Shown here piece after piece: positions 1-9,708 of a stretch of 64,000 nt of DNA. A program made the translations under genes and the position numbers. Source of the DNA: Candidatus Latescibacterota bacterium (lineage in GTDB: Bacteria > Latescibacterota > UBA2968 > GCA-2709665); contig CAXXXF010000003.1 of assembly GCA_963667175.2 (NCBI GenBank), positions 64,001 through 128,000 on the forward strand, given 5' to 3'. Every line of letters starts with the position of its first letter. The stretch's first letter is position 1. The notes beneath the pieces were generated by a model that worked only from the letters and a program-made list of their open reading frames with translations, was not told where the DNA came from and ran no database searches.

Positions 1-372
1 CAGCACGATCAGCGCCTCTCCGAGTCTTTTTCGGCTTCCCGACAACTTCCACAGGTAGAAGCCTGCGATCTCGCAGGCGAGCAGCGTTCCGACAAGAAGC
101 GTCATTCTCCCTGGCACAGGGATCTCGTCCCACCTCGAAGCCACGAAGCTGATGGCGCCGCCGCCGATCAATACCGCGCCGATCAGATAGAGCGCCTGCA
201 CGAGCAGGCCGCCCGATCTTTCGGCAACGTCGTCCAACCCGTAGCGTTTGGATATCGCGGCGGACTGATCCGTATCGACAACCCCGTCGTCCACCCAATC
301 GTTCAGCTCCCGTCGAAGCATCGACCGGAAGGCCGGGGACACCCGCCTGCCGCCTGAATCGCTTTCGCTCAT
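1..372 (-). CDS. DUF2157-like membrane protein (partial, runs off window start)
   Basis: Hand translation from ATG 372: MSESDSGGRRVSPAFRSMLRRELNDWVDDGVVDTDQSAAISKRY...LYLIGAVLIGGGAISFVASRWDEIP; matches the DUF2157 N-terminal pattern; absent from the ORF track because it is incomplete. Confidence 0.75.
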   Translation of the reverse strand, partial: MSESDSGGRRVSPAFRSMLRRELNDWVDDGVVDTDQSAAISKRYGLDDVAERSGGLLVQALYLIGAVLIGGGAISFVASRWDEIPVPGRMTLLVGTLLACEIAGFYLWKLSGSRKRLGEALIVL

Positions 373-464
373 TGCAGTCCTTCCCGTTTCGCGTCTAGAA
401 TCCGGTTATCATGAATCTTATCGCATCCTCGCTCAGGTGATTCCGAGCTGACACGATCTGACGA

Positions 465-498
465 ATAAACAAAACGGCGGTGTTGAGTCAAACCGCCG
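465..498 (-). terminator. Probable intrinsic terminator
   Basis: Stem CGGCGGT/ACCGCCG followed on the - strand by TTTTGTTT, downstream of the DUF2442 gene. Confidence 0.6.
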
Positions 499-553
499 AA
501 ATGGTGTACTACGTTCTTTTCTTTTCGTGCTACAAAACACAGATACATTCCAC

Positions 554-802
554 TCAGGCTGTAACCTTCACGATATCATACAGAAATTCAGGCGCAAAAT
601 CCGCTTCATTCTCCCACGTTATCGTATGCAAGTCAGGGTGAATTCGAAATTTCCTGAAATACGCTTTGTTCTTCAACGGCAAGAAAACCGGGCCCCATAT
701 TTCATCCTTCAGATCTACTTCTCCTTCCACACCGTCATTGAACCTGAGCCAGATCACATAGTCGCCTGCGTACCGGGCGTCAACTACACGGGGTATCATC
801 AC
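554..802 (-). CDS. DUF2442 family protein (putative antitoxin)
   Basis: V..ARY..DY.IWLRFNDG.EGEVDL...GPVF.PL...TITWENEADFAPEFLY pattern; adjacent to DUF4160. Confidence 0.85.
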   Translation of the reverse strand: MMIPRVVDARYAGDYVIWLRFNDGVEGEVDLKDEIWGPVFLPLKNKAYFRKFRIHPDLHTITWENEADFAPEFLYDIVKVTA

Positions 803-803
803 A

Positions 804-1061
804 TTACTCCAGGGGTGGGATCTTGTTCAATGGACGACGCTGTTCTGCCAGTTCCCAATTCTCCATCAGTTCTCGTTGGTGAAGTTCATGCCATTCCAAA
901 ACGTGGCTCAATGCCCTTCTAGGGAATTGTCCGGATACAGCGCCTGTTCTAATATCGACGGTGACTTGGTATTCCCCGTAAGTTGCGTGGAAATGGGGTG
1001 GTCCGTGCTCACGATGGAACATACCAATTACAATTCCAAGAAACCGACTGATCTCCGGCAT
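804..1061 (-). CDS. DUF4160 family protein (HicA-like putative toxin)
   Basis: MPEISRFLGIVIGMFHREHGPPHFHATYGE...WHELHQRELMENW...IPPLE signature. Confidence 0.88.
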   Translation of the reverse strand: MPEISRFLGIVIGMFHREHGPPHFHATYGEYQVTVDIRTGAVSGQFPRRALSHVLEWHELHQRELMENWELAEQRRPLNKIPPLE

Positions 1062-1111
1062 GGTAATATTTCACGAAAAGTTATAGAAAACGCAACTGTA
1101 TAATCACTCCC

Positions 1112-1522
1112 TTAATGATCATCGCCGGAGTAGATCCACATAGGCTCCGTCCTGCCGGCCCGAGTGAACCCGCATTTCGCATAAAATTCGATTGCCCTTC
1201 CATCCGCAATCAGCACGTGCTGGTGGAAGCCTTCATAGTTCGCCATCAGCCTCTTCATCAACTCCGTTCCGATACCCTGCCGCTGATAGTCTGGATCCAC
1301 CAGCAGGTGCGGATAATATACGACGAGATGACCGTCCGAGATGGCATTGCCCAGCCCGACAAGCCGGCCGTCATCCCAGGCCGTGAGGAGGGAATGCGAG
1401 TTGATCAACGCATCGCGCAGTTCGGCCGGTTTGCCTGCGGAAGACCATTCATTCGCGGAATAGAGTCTCAATACAGCATCGAGCGGGAACTTCCGGTTGT
1501 CGCTATATTTGATGGATGCCAT
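1112..1522 (-). CDS. GNAT family N-acetyltransferase
   Basis: LLVDPDYQRQGIG acetyl-CoA motif A and FYAKCGF. Confidence 0.88.
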   Translation of the reverse strand: MASIKYSDNRKFPLDAVLRLYSANEWSSAGKPAELRDALINSHSLLTAWDDGRLVGLGNAISDGHLVVYYPHLLVDPDYQRQGIGTELMKRLMANYEGFHQHVLIADGRAIEFYAKCGFTRAGRTEPMWIYSGDDH

Positions 1523-2537
1523 CGGATCCCCACCCCATCATATTTCTCATCTGGTCGACGCGGTCCCGAACGAATCCCGCCGCGCCGTCACGCAGACCCG
1601 GGTTGTCCGACCGGCCGGCCATCCAGACGGCGATTTTCATTCGATCGGCAATCAGAAACGCGGTCAGCAGACGCTCGTGGCCGGCATCCAGGGCTCGGAC
1701 GCTCCTGTAGCCGCGAAGAAAGGCAGCGCGCAGCGACGGGAAATCGCTCCGGCTGACCAGCGGGCCGAGCGTAGAAGCCATATCGCACAGATAGTAGCCC
1801 CATCCGCAATCGTCAAAGTCGAGGGCGCGCGCCTCTCCCTTCAGGAACACGTAATTGGCCTGATGCAGGTCCGAGTGGATAAGGCCGAAAACGGACGCCG
1901 TCTCTCCCAGTTGCGCCATCACGCCGCGCGTTATCGCTTCGGACCGGTCGACGATGGCCCCCCGTTCAGGGTCCAGCAAGGCCTTTGTGCGTTCCGGCGT
2001 GCTGCAGGTAACCCCGCCGAGCAGACCCTCTGCGTCCCAGACGATGCGCGTGAAACCGGATGAGGGGACGAAATCCTCGGCGTGGTCGTGCAGCCTGCCC
2101 ATGAGGCGGCCGACCATTTCCAGGTGGCGCCCGGTCAGGTCGTGCTGGCTGACAAAGCGACCCTTCACCCACCGGAACAGCGCGCAGACTCGTGGTTCCG
2201 GTATTCCCGGCGTCGAGGCGACCGTCAGCAGCTGACCCTCCCGATTGACGACCGGTGCGCGAACGACGAGGTCCGTATCTCGCGCAATGGCATCCATCCA
2301 CTCCAGCTCAGAGCGGATGGCGGCATGCGTCTTGCAGCTGTGACGGCCGACGCGCAAGACGTACCTGCGGCCACTGGCCCTCAACAGGAACGTGGCGTTT
2401 TCCCGGTGTTGTATCGGCCGAAGCGTGAAATCCCCCAGGTCGTAGGACGCAAGCGCCTTGAGCGCGAGCTGTCGAAGGCGGCGAAGCTGGCCCCTGTATG
2501 TAAGGTCATCGAATGGTGTCAGTTTTTCGGGCTCCAG
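1503..2537 (-). CDS. APH/homoserine kinase type II-like phosphotransferase
   Basis: IHSDLHQAN and LDFDD kinase motifs; frame stays open upstream of the track start (LEPEKLTPFDDLTYRGQLRRLRQLALKAL...HRENATF) to a CTG at 2537. Confidence 0.82.
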   Translation of the reverse strand: MEPEKLTPFDDLTYRGQLRRLRQLALKALASYDLGDFTLRPIQHRENATFLLRASGRRYVLRVGRHSCKTHAAIRSELEWMDAIARDTDLVVRAPVVNREGQLLTVASTPGIPEPRVCALFRWVKGRFVSQHDLTGRHLEMVGRLMGRLHDHAEDFVPSSGFTRIVWDAEGLLGGVTCSTPERTKALLDPERGAIVDRSEAITRGVMAQLGETASVFGLIHSDLHQANYVFLKGEARALDFDDCGWGYYLCDMASTLGPLVSRSDFPSLRAAFLRGYRSVRALDAGHERLLTAFLIADRMKIAVWMAGRSDNPGLRDGAAGFVRDRVDQMRNMMGWGSDGIHQI

Positions 2538-2597
2538 ATCGTCTCTTCCTCATTTCTGTATCGACGGCTCGACTACCGCTTATAGAGTCCTCCGGCG

Positions 2598-3236
2598 TCA
2601 CTCTCCGAGGCGTTCCAGAATCGCGCTGGCGACCTGATCTGCCAGACGCTCGGACCCCTCTTGTGTGAAGTGCACGTCTTGCGGTCGCTGAATTTCCTGC
2701 AGTCGCGGCAGGGCGAATGCGTGCAGGTCGTTGACCGTTATGCCAGGCTGGTTCACGATCTCCTTTGCGGCGGCGTTATATTTCGCTGCGTCTCCCTGCT
2801 TCCGACCGTTGGCCCCCGCCGGCACGGGTGTCGTCGTCGCCCAGATCAGCTTCGCACCCGTCGCCTTCAGCCTCTCCACCAGCGTTCCCAGATTTTCCCT
2901 GTACTGTTCGATGGACGCCTGCGGTCCGCCGCCGTTCGGGTCGGCGAGTCTGCCCTTGGCATCGACATACTTCATGTCATGCAAGCCCCAGTTGAAGTGG
3001 ATGAGGTCCCAGGTCCGGTTGCCCAGCCATTTGTCCATTTGCGCCAGCCCATGGCTCGTCGGTCCGCAATTGTCTGGCGGCCGGTGGACGTTCCCTCTGC
3101 CTTTGAGACGTTCTCGAGTCGGAATCGTATACCCCATCGAGATCGAGTCCCCAATCAGAAGCACGTTGGGCAGGCTCGGGTCTCCGGTTATCTCGACAAA
3201 TGAAGGATGGCGTTCGGCGGCGTTCGTATTCGGCAT
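2598..3236 (-). CDS. SGNH/GDSL hydrolase
   Basis: GDSIS block I, FNWGLHD block III, DVHF block V; ATG 3236 chosen as start. Confidence 0.88.
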   Translation of the reverse strand: MPNTNAAERHPSFVEITGDPSLPNVLLIGDSISMGYTIPTRERLKGRGNVHRPPDNCGPTSHGLAQMDKWLGNRTWDLIHFNWGLHDMKYVDAKGRLADPNGGGPQASIEQYRENLGTLVERLKATGAKLIWATTTPVPAGANGRKQGDAAKYNAAAKEIVNQPGITVNDLHAFALPRLQEIQRPQDVHFTQEGSERLADQVASAILERLGE

Positions 3237-3462
3237 CTGGAGCCCCCTGGCCCGAATTCGACCGAAGAGAAAATACACAAGCTAACATGGATGGGCAAGA
3301 TGGACAGGATAAAGGCCAACTGCATTAAACCCCGTGAATCGCGTCGGTTGTAAACGATATTCCAATTCCAGGTCGGATCGCGTCAGTTATAATGCCGGAT
3401 TTTCGGATCCCTGAATCGGGCAACCGCGCGGCGCCCCCAGGCGCCCGGGGATGTTTCCTTTT

Positions 3463-4500
3463 TCAGAGGTCCTCCATCCATTCGAGGACGAACGGTTCGC
3501 CTTCAAGATATCTCCGGCAGGCGCCTTCGACGAAACGAGGAAGGTTCGGGAATTTCTCGCCAGGATCCACCGTACGCCAGGACAGGAGTCGAATACAGGA
3601 CTCGATAAAGAAACTCTCGATAAATTGCATATGGTTATCGGGCAACGGGAATTGTTGTTCGTACCCGTCGAGAAAAGCCCGGCACAGCGTCGGACTCATC
3701 GGATTTACGGCGAAGCACCATCCCACGTCGGCCGGAAAGTACCCGAATCGACACCAGTCAAAGTCAATGGGACGGATCTCGCCCCGATGTACGACGCAGT
3801 TGCCACACGAAAAATCTCCGTGAAGCAATCCCCGGAATTCCGGCGACCCGTCCATTTCAGCCGTACGGTCGATCGTGTGGGATACTGCCCGTTCCAAAAT
3901 CGAGAAATCACTCGCGCCGATGCGACCGTCGTCTGCAGCGGGACGTAAGCGATTCAGATCGAGGCGGAGGCGATCGGGATCGACCCGGGGACGAGAGAAT
4001 CCTTCGGGAGGGGTCCACTGGCTGCTGTGCCGCTGGAGTTTGCCGAGGACCGTTCCCGCGTTGTGAAGTACTCCCGATGGCAGGTCAACGAACACCTCAT
4101 CCCCGTAATTGTCCCAGAGCAGATCGCCCTCGACCCAGCGGAGAAGGGTGACGAGAAAGGGGCGATCGCCATCGGACTCGACGTCGGTGATGAAGTCGCC
4201 TGACAGATTGAGGACCGGTCTCTGTACGATCAGATCGGTGTCGCGGTCCAGCGCTTCAAGCCAGAGACCGTGCGACCGGATGGCTGCTCGATAATCCTGG
4301 ATGTCCCCGTCACCCGTGGCATAGTAAACGGTGATCAGGAGACTGCCCGATCCGGTATCTGCACGAAACTTGACCATACTGTAGCCTGAAAATCCAATAT
4401 GGCCCACCGGTTTGCGCGCGTCGATGCGGGCTTCCCCTGTATCGTAGTTTTCCAGGGCTCGATCGGCGGCGTGCAGGTAATGCTGACGATGTTCGCTCAT
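3463..4500 (-). CDS. APH-like phosphotransferase
   Basis: LHGDFSCGN and IDFDW motifs; ATG 4500 preferred because the GTG at 4536 lies inside a repeat element. Confidence 0.82.
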   Translation of the reverse strand: MSEHRQHYLHAADRALENYDTGEARIDARKPVGHIGFSGYSMVKFRADTGSGSLLITVYYATGDGDIQDYRAAIRSHGLWLEALDRDTDLIVQRPVLNLSGDFITDVESDGDRPFLVTLLRWVEGDLLWDNYGDEVFVDLPSGVLHNAGTVLGKLQRHSSQWTPPEGFSRPRVDPDRLRLDLNRLRPAADDGRIGASDFSILERAVSHTIDRTAEMDGSPEFRGLLHGDFSCGNCVVHRGEIRPIDFDWCRFGYFPADVGWCFAVNPMSPTLCRAFLDGYEQQFPLPDNHMQFIESFFIESCIRLLSWRTVDPGEKFPNLPRFVEGACRRYLEGEPFVLEWMEDL

Positions 4501-4530
4501 AAGCTCGGGAACTCGATTGACGCTCGAATT

Positions 4531-4666
4531 ACTCACCCCTTGAGGGGGAGTCGCCTGCCTGCGTCCGCAGGACAGGCAGGCAGAATACGAGCCGATCCCT
4601 GAGGCGCTGCCCTGAGCTTGCCGAAGGGTCGAAGGGCCGGCGACGGCTGATGCGGTGGGGGGATTT
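4531..4666. repeat. Composite REP-like palindromic element, copy 1
   Basis: ACTCACCCCTTGAGGGGGAGTCGC...GAGCCG...CCGGCGACGGCTGATGCGGTGGGGGGATTT, shared with 9709-9833; contains nested palindromes. Confidence 0.8.
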
Positions 4667-4742
4667 CAACGCAATTCGATAGCTGGAATCATGAAGAACA
4701 TGAACGCATCTTACGCAGACGTCCGACTATAGGACCGTAACC

Positions 4743-5417
4743 CTATTGCTTGCGCCCGACCAGGAGCGTGTTTGGCGGGTCCCGCCAGACGAATTGGGCG
4801 TCAAATCCGGCTTCGCGCATAGCGTCGAGTTCGTCGTCGAGCGGGAAGTAGGTGTCTTCGGAGGACCACTGATCGAAGTGCTTGTGGGCGCGCTGTTCGT
4901 CAATGCCGCGGGAAACCAGGTGGGCCGCCCAGATGCGGTAGGTCTGCTCGCGTTCCCCCGGATCGGCGCTCATCGTCACGTCCCCGTTCACGAAAAGACC
5001 GCCGGGGCGGAGCGCCCGGTAGATGTGCTCGTACAGGGCGCGCTTGCGTTCCATCAGGGGAATGTGATGCAGGGCCAGAGAAGCGGCCACGGCATCGCAC
5101 GGGGGGAGCGGCGCGTCGAACGAACATTCGCGGAAACGCGCACGGGACCCGAACCGTTTGAGCCGGGCGCGGGCCCGGTCCAGCATCTCCGGATCCACGT
5201 CGATGGCTTCAACGGTTTCCACGCCGTCGTGTTCGAGCAGCACCTCGGCCAGCGCGCCCGTCCCCGCGCCCAGGTCCAGCACCAGGGCGGGGCGGATGGC
5301 AGCGACCTCACGGGCGATCCGGTCCAATCCCTCTTCGTATCCCGGGATGAACCTCCGGATGGTCTCGTCGTAGGCATCGATCTCGAGTCGAAGATGGCTT
5401 CGGACGGAGTGATTCAT
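4743..5417 (-). CDS. Class I SAM-dependent methyltransferase
   Basis: VLDLGAGTG motif I, SLALHH, LRPGGLFVNGD. Confidence 0.88.
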   Translation of the reverse strand: MNHSVRSHLRLEIDAYDETIRRFIPGYEEGLDRIAREVAAIRPALVLDLGAGTGALAEVLLEHDGVETVEAIDVDPEMLDRARARLKRFGSRARFRECSFDAPLPPCDAVAASLALHHIPLMERKRALYEHIYRALRPGGLFVNGDVTMSADPGEREQTYRIWAAHLVSRGIDEQRAHKHFDQWSSEDTYFPLDDELDAMREAGFDAQFVWRDPPNTLLVGRKQ

Positions 5418-5526
5418 TCGTTATCCCTGATTCGGACTCCCGCGTCAGCATATTGGAATCGGGGTAGAATCCTGCCTCCCGAAATTGAGTTTCAGTCCAG
5501 CTCGCCCATTCGGATATTGATCCGTA

Positions 5527-6717
5527 TCAGTCCTTGTACGGATCGAACACGTCAGCACCGGCCATAGCCACTCCCAACGGCGTCAATGTGTGCATCACGT
5601 CAATACAACCCTCGTGGTTTTCGATCACATCGTCAATGCGGCGATAGCAGTGCGGGCTTTCGTCCGTTCCGCCACCCCTCAACTGAACGCCCATAGGACG
5701 TATCCACTCGTGCATCATATCCATCGAAATCTCACCTGGCTTTTTCAAAATACGGCGCCCGCGCTTACGCCGCCACTTTCCAGCCGCCCGCGTGCGGCTC
5801 ATCACACGCCCCGCACCGTGGATCGTCGAATACAACGCCTGCTTGTTCTCGTCCGTATCCTTGCCGCGAATGATGTAGCTCTTGTCTCCCATCGAACCTC
5901 CAACGAAAGACCACTGACCGGGGAAGGAAGGCGTGGAACCCTTACGGACGACGTGATACGTCTGGCCGTTGTGTTCCTCTTCCCACGAAAAGTTGTGGTG
6001 ATTATTAACAACGTCTTCCACCACGCCGCCGATAATGTGGGCCGCCTTGCCACAAACCCACTTGCGACCCTTCTCCGCCAGAAGACCGGCCAGTTCCATG
6101 CACGCCCTGTACTCCTGGCCCAGGTCCGAGTCAACATCCAACAACGCGGGCGCCACGTGCATACCGTCCTCACCGCCTGCTGCCTTGATGTAATGCGTGG
6201 CGATCTTGTGGCCGAAGCCCCGCGAACCGAAGTGAACGCCTACCCACACGCGCCCTTCCTCATCTTCAAAAACGTCCACGTAATGATTGCCGGAACCTAC
6301 TGTGCCAAGCTGGCCCTCCGCCAGTCGCTTCAGGGTCTTCGCCGGCTCGATGTCCCACGCCGGATGGCCGCCCTGCTCGAAGATTGGATCGTCGACCGTC
6401 TCTTTGTTCTTCATACCAATCCCGAACGAGATTTCGTCAAATATCGCATCCATGATCGCGGCAATGTTCGCCTTCACGTGGCCGAGCGGAGAATCGAGGC
6501 GTACGGCGGTGTTGCCGCAACCTATGTCGAAACCCACACCCGATGGAGAAACCTTGTCAGGATACGCTACAACGCCACCTATGGGCATCGAATATCCCAC
6601 GTGATGATCTGCCATAAGGGCAGCGACGGAACCCGTCGTACGACAGCGGATGATCTGCTTTACAGCCTCCGGCGTGGGAGGCCCGAACACCAGAACATCA
6701 TCGACAATCTGTGCCAT
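5527..6717 (-). CDS. rtcB: RtcB family RNA ligase
   Basis: GFDIGCG, GSGNHY, HFGSRGFG, NHHN, HGAGR and DESPHCYR metal-binding/guanylylation motifs. Confidence 0.92.
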   Translation of the reverse strand: MAQIVDDVLVFGPPTPEAVKQIIRCRTTGSVAALMADHHVGYSMPIGGVVAYPDKVSPSGVGFDIGCGNTAVRLDSPLGHVKANIAAIMDAIFDEISFGIGMKNKETVDDPIFEQGGHPAWDIEPAKTLKRLAEGQLGTVGSGNHYVDVFEDEEGRVWVGVHFGSRGFGHKIATHYIKAAGGEDGMHVAPALLDVDSDLGQEYRACMELAGLLAEKGRKWVCGKAAHIIGGVVEDVVNNHHNFSWEEEHNGQTYHVVRKGSTPSFPGQWSFVGGSMGDKSYIIRGKDTDENKQALYSTIHGAGRVMSRTRAAGKWRRKRGRRILKKPGEISMDMMHEWIRPMGVQLRGGGTDESPHCYRRIDDVIENHEGCIDVMHTLTPLGVAMAGADVFDPYKD

Positions 6718-6948
6718 CACGATTCCTCGTATTCTTCATGAAATTTGTCATCATCCAACACTTCGGCTTTGTGGCCATCTGCTGCAAGCCAACTTCCTTC
6801 CGGGAGTTCACAACGCAGAGTTACGCGGTGATATGAATTGATGGTACCAAGAATCAGAACCCCTTTGAATTCCGCCTGATTTATTACACATTGAGTTTGG
6901 AGCCGCCGCCCGGCAGGTTATCTTGAGTGCAAGCACTGGACTCTTTCG

Positions 6949-7668
6949 TTAGGGATCAACCCGATGGTAATACCAGATATTGGGCTCGTTGTAGGCGCCT
7001 CGATTACTCTTGAGATCGATATTGATCGGAACCAAGCCCTGGGGAATACAGTAGGATCCTGTCTCCCGGAATTGCATTTCGGTCCAGCTCTCCCATTCGG
7101 ATATTGACCCGTTGACCGAAACGGCTGCGTTGGTAAAACCGAGCCTCTCGCCGCCAAGCTCTTCGTGGACTCGAAGCCAGGGATCCCACAGGCGCCCCGT
7201 CTCGTCCCTTCGATCCGCGTAGGATTCGATGGACTCCTCCGGTTCCTCGTGCTTCAAACTTGGCCTGACTGGCGCCAGGACACCGTGCAATCCATATTTC
7301 TGTGACAGGTTGCGCATTTCGAGCAAGATCGTTCGGCTAAGTCCCTGGCGTCGATATTTCGGTCTCACAAGAACACCAAGCGCGCAGAGTACACCAGTGG
7401 ACATCAGAGGCCAACGGGCTGAGTAAACAACTTCATCTATGGTTGACGGCGGTGGCAGGCCTGCATTCCATTCAAACGGGACCGAAAGTCCTGCGGCCAC
7501 CAGATTGCATCCATCAAGGACAAGCAGCTGAAATCTCTGAAACACGGTATAGATCGAAGACCAGTTTCGCACATCGGCATTAAGGAGAAACCTTGGCCAG
7601 GTGGAATCGTTCAACTCCTTTAATGCAGCCCACACCTGTGGCGATCTGTTCAACGTTATCAGTTTCAT
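6949..7668 (-). CDS. GNAT-like acyltransferase
   Basis: VRPKYRRQGLS motif A plus APVRPSLKH...DPWLRVHEELGG...WESWT...Y.EPN.W family motifs. Confidence 0.8.
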   Translation of the reverse strand: MKLITLNRSPQVWAALKELNDSTWPRFLLNADVRNWSSIYTVFQRFQLLVLDGCNLVAAGLSVPFEWNAGLPPPSTIDEVVYSARWPLMSTGVLCALGVLVRPKYRRQGLSRTILLEMRNLSQKYGLHGVLAPVRPSLKHEEPEESIESYADRRDETGRLWDPWLRVHEELGGERLGFTNAAVSVNGSISEWESWTEMQFRETGSYCIPQGLVPINIDLKSNRGAYNEPNIWYYHRVDP

Positions 7669-7718
7669 CTGCGTTTTTCCGCCGAGCCCTCCGGCAATCG
7701 TGTCCAGGAACTGCGCTC

Positions 7719-8612
7719 TCACAGAAATTCTATCGCTCTCTCGAGCCTCCTGTGAATTTCCTCTGTCTCCACGATTTCGAGACTTTCCTCCGCCCAGGAA
7801 GGAAATCGGGACCGTCGGAAGGCCTCAATGAGAGCACAAAGTGGCGCCATCACGTCGTCCAGGACCTTTTCTACGGGATCGGTCTCGCCGTATACAGACC
7901 TGAAAGCATCTGCAGCATCTGGACCGAGAGAACCCGTTACGTTTCTGTAGTCCGAATACCGCAATCCAAGCCCCAGGAGGTGATAGTCAAACACGACAGC
8001 CCTGATCGGGTACCCGTTTCTGGACAATGCCAGATTGGTCCAATGAAAATCGCTATGTGTCAGGATTTCGCCACAACCGATCGCGGCGTTTTTGATTCTG
8101 TCGATATTGTCGGCAAGAAACATCCACCTGGACCGGTCCGGACCCCTGACCTTCGTGGCCAACTCCAGGATCGACTCGGCCGTCAATACGTCGCTCTCGC
8201 GCCGCAAGAATGAAGACGAAGGCCTACCCTTCCACAAGCCCGAGTCTCCGTCGTGACGTGCTCGATACCATTCCGCTAAAGCAACGCCAACTTCACCCCT
8301 TCCTACATCCTCCCTACACGCCAGCCTGTGACCTCTGCTGACTTCAAGGTCCTCCAGAAGAAGGGCATGATTCGTCGAGGCAATAACGCACAGGGTAGGT
8401 ACTCCAAGTTCTTTGAGGAGAGCATAGATTCGGACTTCCCGTGAAGCGTCCGGATCTCCGAACATCTTCAGTATGTACGTGGAACCCTCGATCGCGATCC
8501 GGAAGACGTGGTTGTCGTGTTTGCGCTGGATGGGTTCGACCGTTTCCAATTGACGGGTATCGAACCCCATCTCAGCCAGGGTATTGCGCAAACTTCCGGT
8601 TGGTTGGATCAC
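7719..8612 (-). CDS. APH-like phosphotransferase
   Basis: ILKMF, THSDFHWTN, VFDY motifs. Confidence 0.78.
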   Translation of the reverse strand: MIQPTGSLRNTLAEMGFDTRQLETVEPIQRKHDNHVFRIAIEGSTYILKMFGDPDASREVRIYALLKELGVPTLCVIASTNHALLLEDLEVSRGHRLACREDVGRGEVGVALAEWYRARHDGDSGLWKGRPSSSFLRRESDVLTAESILELATKVRGPDRSRWMFLADNIDRIKNAAIGCGEILTHSDFHWTNLALSRNGYPIRAVVFDYHLLGLGLRYSDYRNVTGSLGPDAADAFRSVYGETDPVEKVLDDVMAPLCALIEAFRRSRFPSWAEESLEIVETEEIHRRLERAIEFL

Positions 8613-8797
8613 ATCGTTTCTCGCAGGGTTGAACGCTCTCTCCTATATTGACTCAGCATGTGAGGCACCGGCATTGTGGGTGACCTGTGCACTGCGTACG
8701 ACCCAATAGAAGCAAAGCGAGCACAGTTCTGTTCGCAGGGGCATCGGGCGAAGACCTGTCGCGATGCTGGACCAACGGGGTCCCGCCACCCGATAGG

Positions 8798-9580
8798 TCA
8801 GAGATTGCCAAATACGTCTTCAAGTGGCTTTTCTTGCTCCCACCAATGCTTCGCCGAGGTCAGGCACGCAACCCCTTTCTCGATCAGGTCCAGGGCGGTG
8901 TCAGGACCGGGTCGCTCTTCGCGATAATGTGTCAGGACGGACTCATGGAATTCACGCATACGTCGTCCAAGTCCGAGATCCTCCGGAAGCGCATCGCATG
9001 CCCGGTCCTTTGGAAGTTGCCAGGCCGATATCGGATCGTTCGAATGAATCGTCAGCACGTGAAACAGGACCGGCCAGACTTTCGTGCACAGCAGTCTCAC
9101 GTCCCTCTCGAGCCGACCGTCTCCGTGGTCGAGAAGCCCCTTGCGCACGAATTCCGGTGACGGTTCCAGAGCGGCCAATGCTTGTCTGGCGGACGCGACA
9201 AGCTGTTCCGCGGTCGCTTCGGCCACCGGCAGGCCGCCGCGGACAACCCGATAGGTCCCTGGGACCGGGCCGTGATTGTCGTTTACAGTCTGTTGTACCG
9301 GGGTCGGCGTGCACTGGATATATTGGAACGGACGGTGATCGATCTTTGCAAGATCGCGGTGGATTTCCAGAGCCAGAGTCAGCGGCAGGCATCCATCCGC
9401 ATCGAAAGCGGCGGCGTCCAGGAAGAGTTGAAAGTCGATGTCGCTGCATCCCGGGATGAAGCCTCCCTTGACGGCGGAACCGAAGACGATCAGTCCGGCG
9501 AACCATTCCTTCGTATGGGAATGGGTGACGTCGCCCACCGATTCCACGATATCTCCGGCTTCCTGGACCGCGAACTTCAT
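8798..9580 (-). CDS. Pol-beta superfamily nucleotidyltransferase
   Basis: FGSAVKGGFIPGCSDIDF (GS..DxD) motif followed by a helical C-terminal domain. Confidence 0.72.
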   Translation of the reverse strand: MKFAVQEAGDIVESVGDVTHSHTKEWFAGLIVFGSAVKGGFIPGCSDIDFQLFLDAAAFDADGCLPLTLALEIHRDLAKIDHRPFQYIQCTPTPVQQTVNDNHGPVPGTYRVVRGGLPVAEATAEQLVASARQALAALEPSPEFVRKGLLDHGDGRLERDVRLLCTKVWPVLFHVLTIHSNDPISAWQLPKDRACDALPEDLGLGRRMREFHESVLTHYREERPGPDTALDLIEKGVACLTSAKHWWEQEKPLEDVFGNL

Positions 9581-9708
9581 TTCAGGTCTCAGTTCCTGTC
9601 AATAAGCCATCACTTCTCGTCGAAGGCTCAACTTTTCGGGTTGTCGCCATGCTTAGCCGCTGCCAAGTAGGTGGAAATTAACGTGGGCGCCCGTCAAACG
9701 GTCTAATC

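Noticed and set aside
3285-3312. Short degenerate repeats (CATGGATGG GCAAGATGG ACAGGAT) as a CRISPR remnant
   Set aside because: Only three degenerate 9-mers, no spacers and no cas genes; no CRISPR array was seen anywhere in the window
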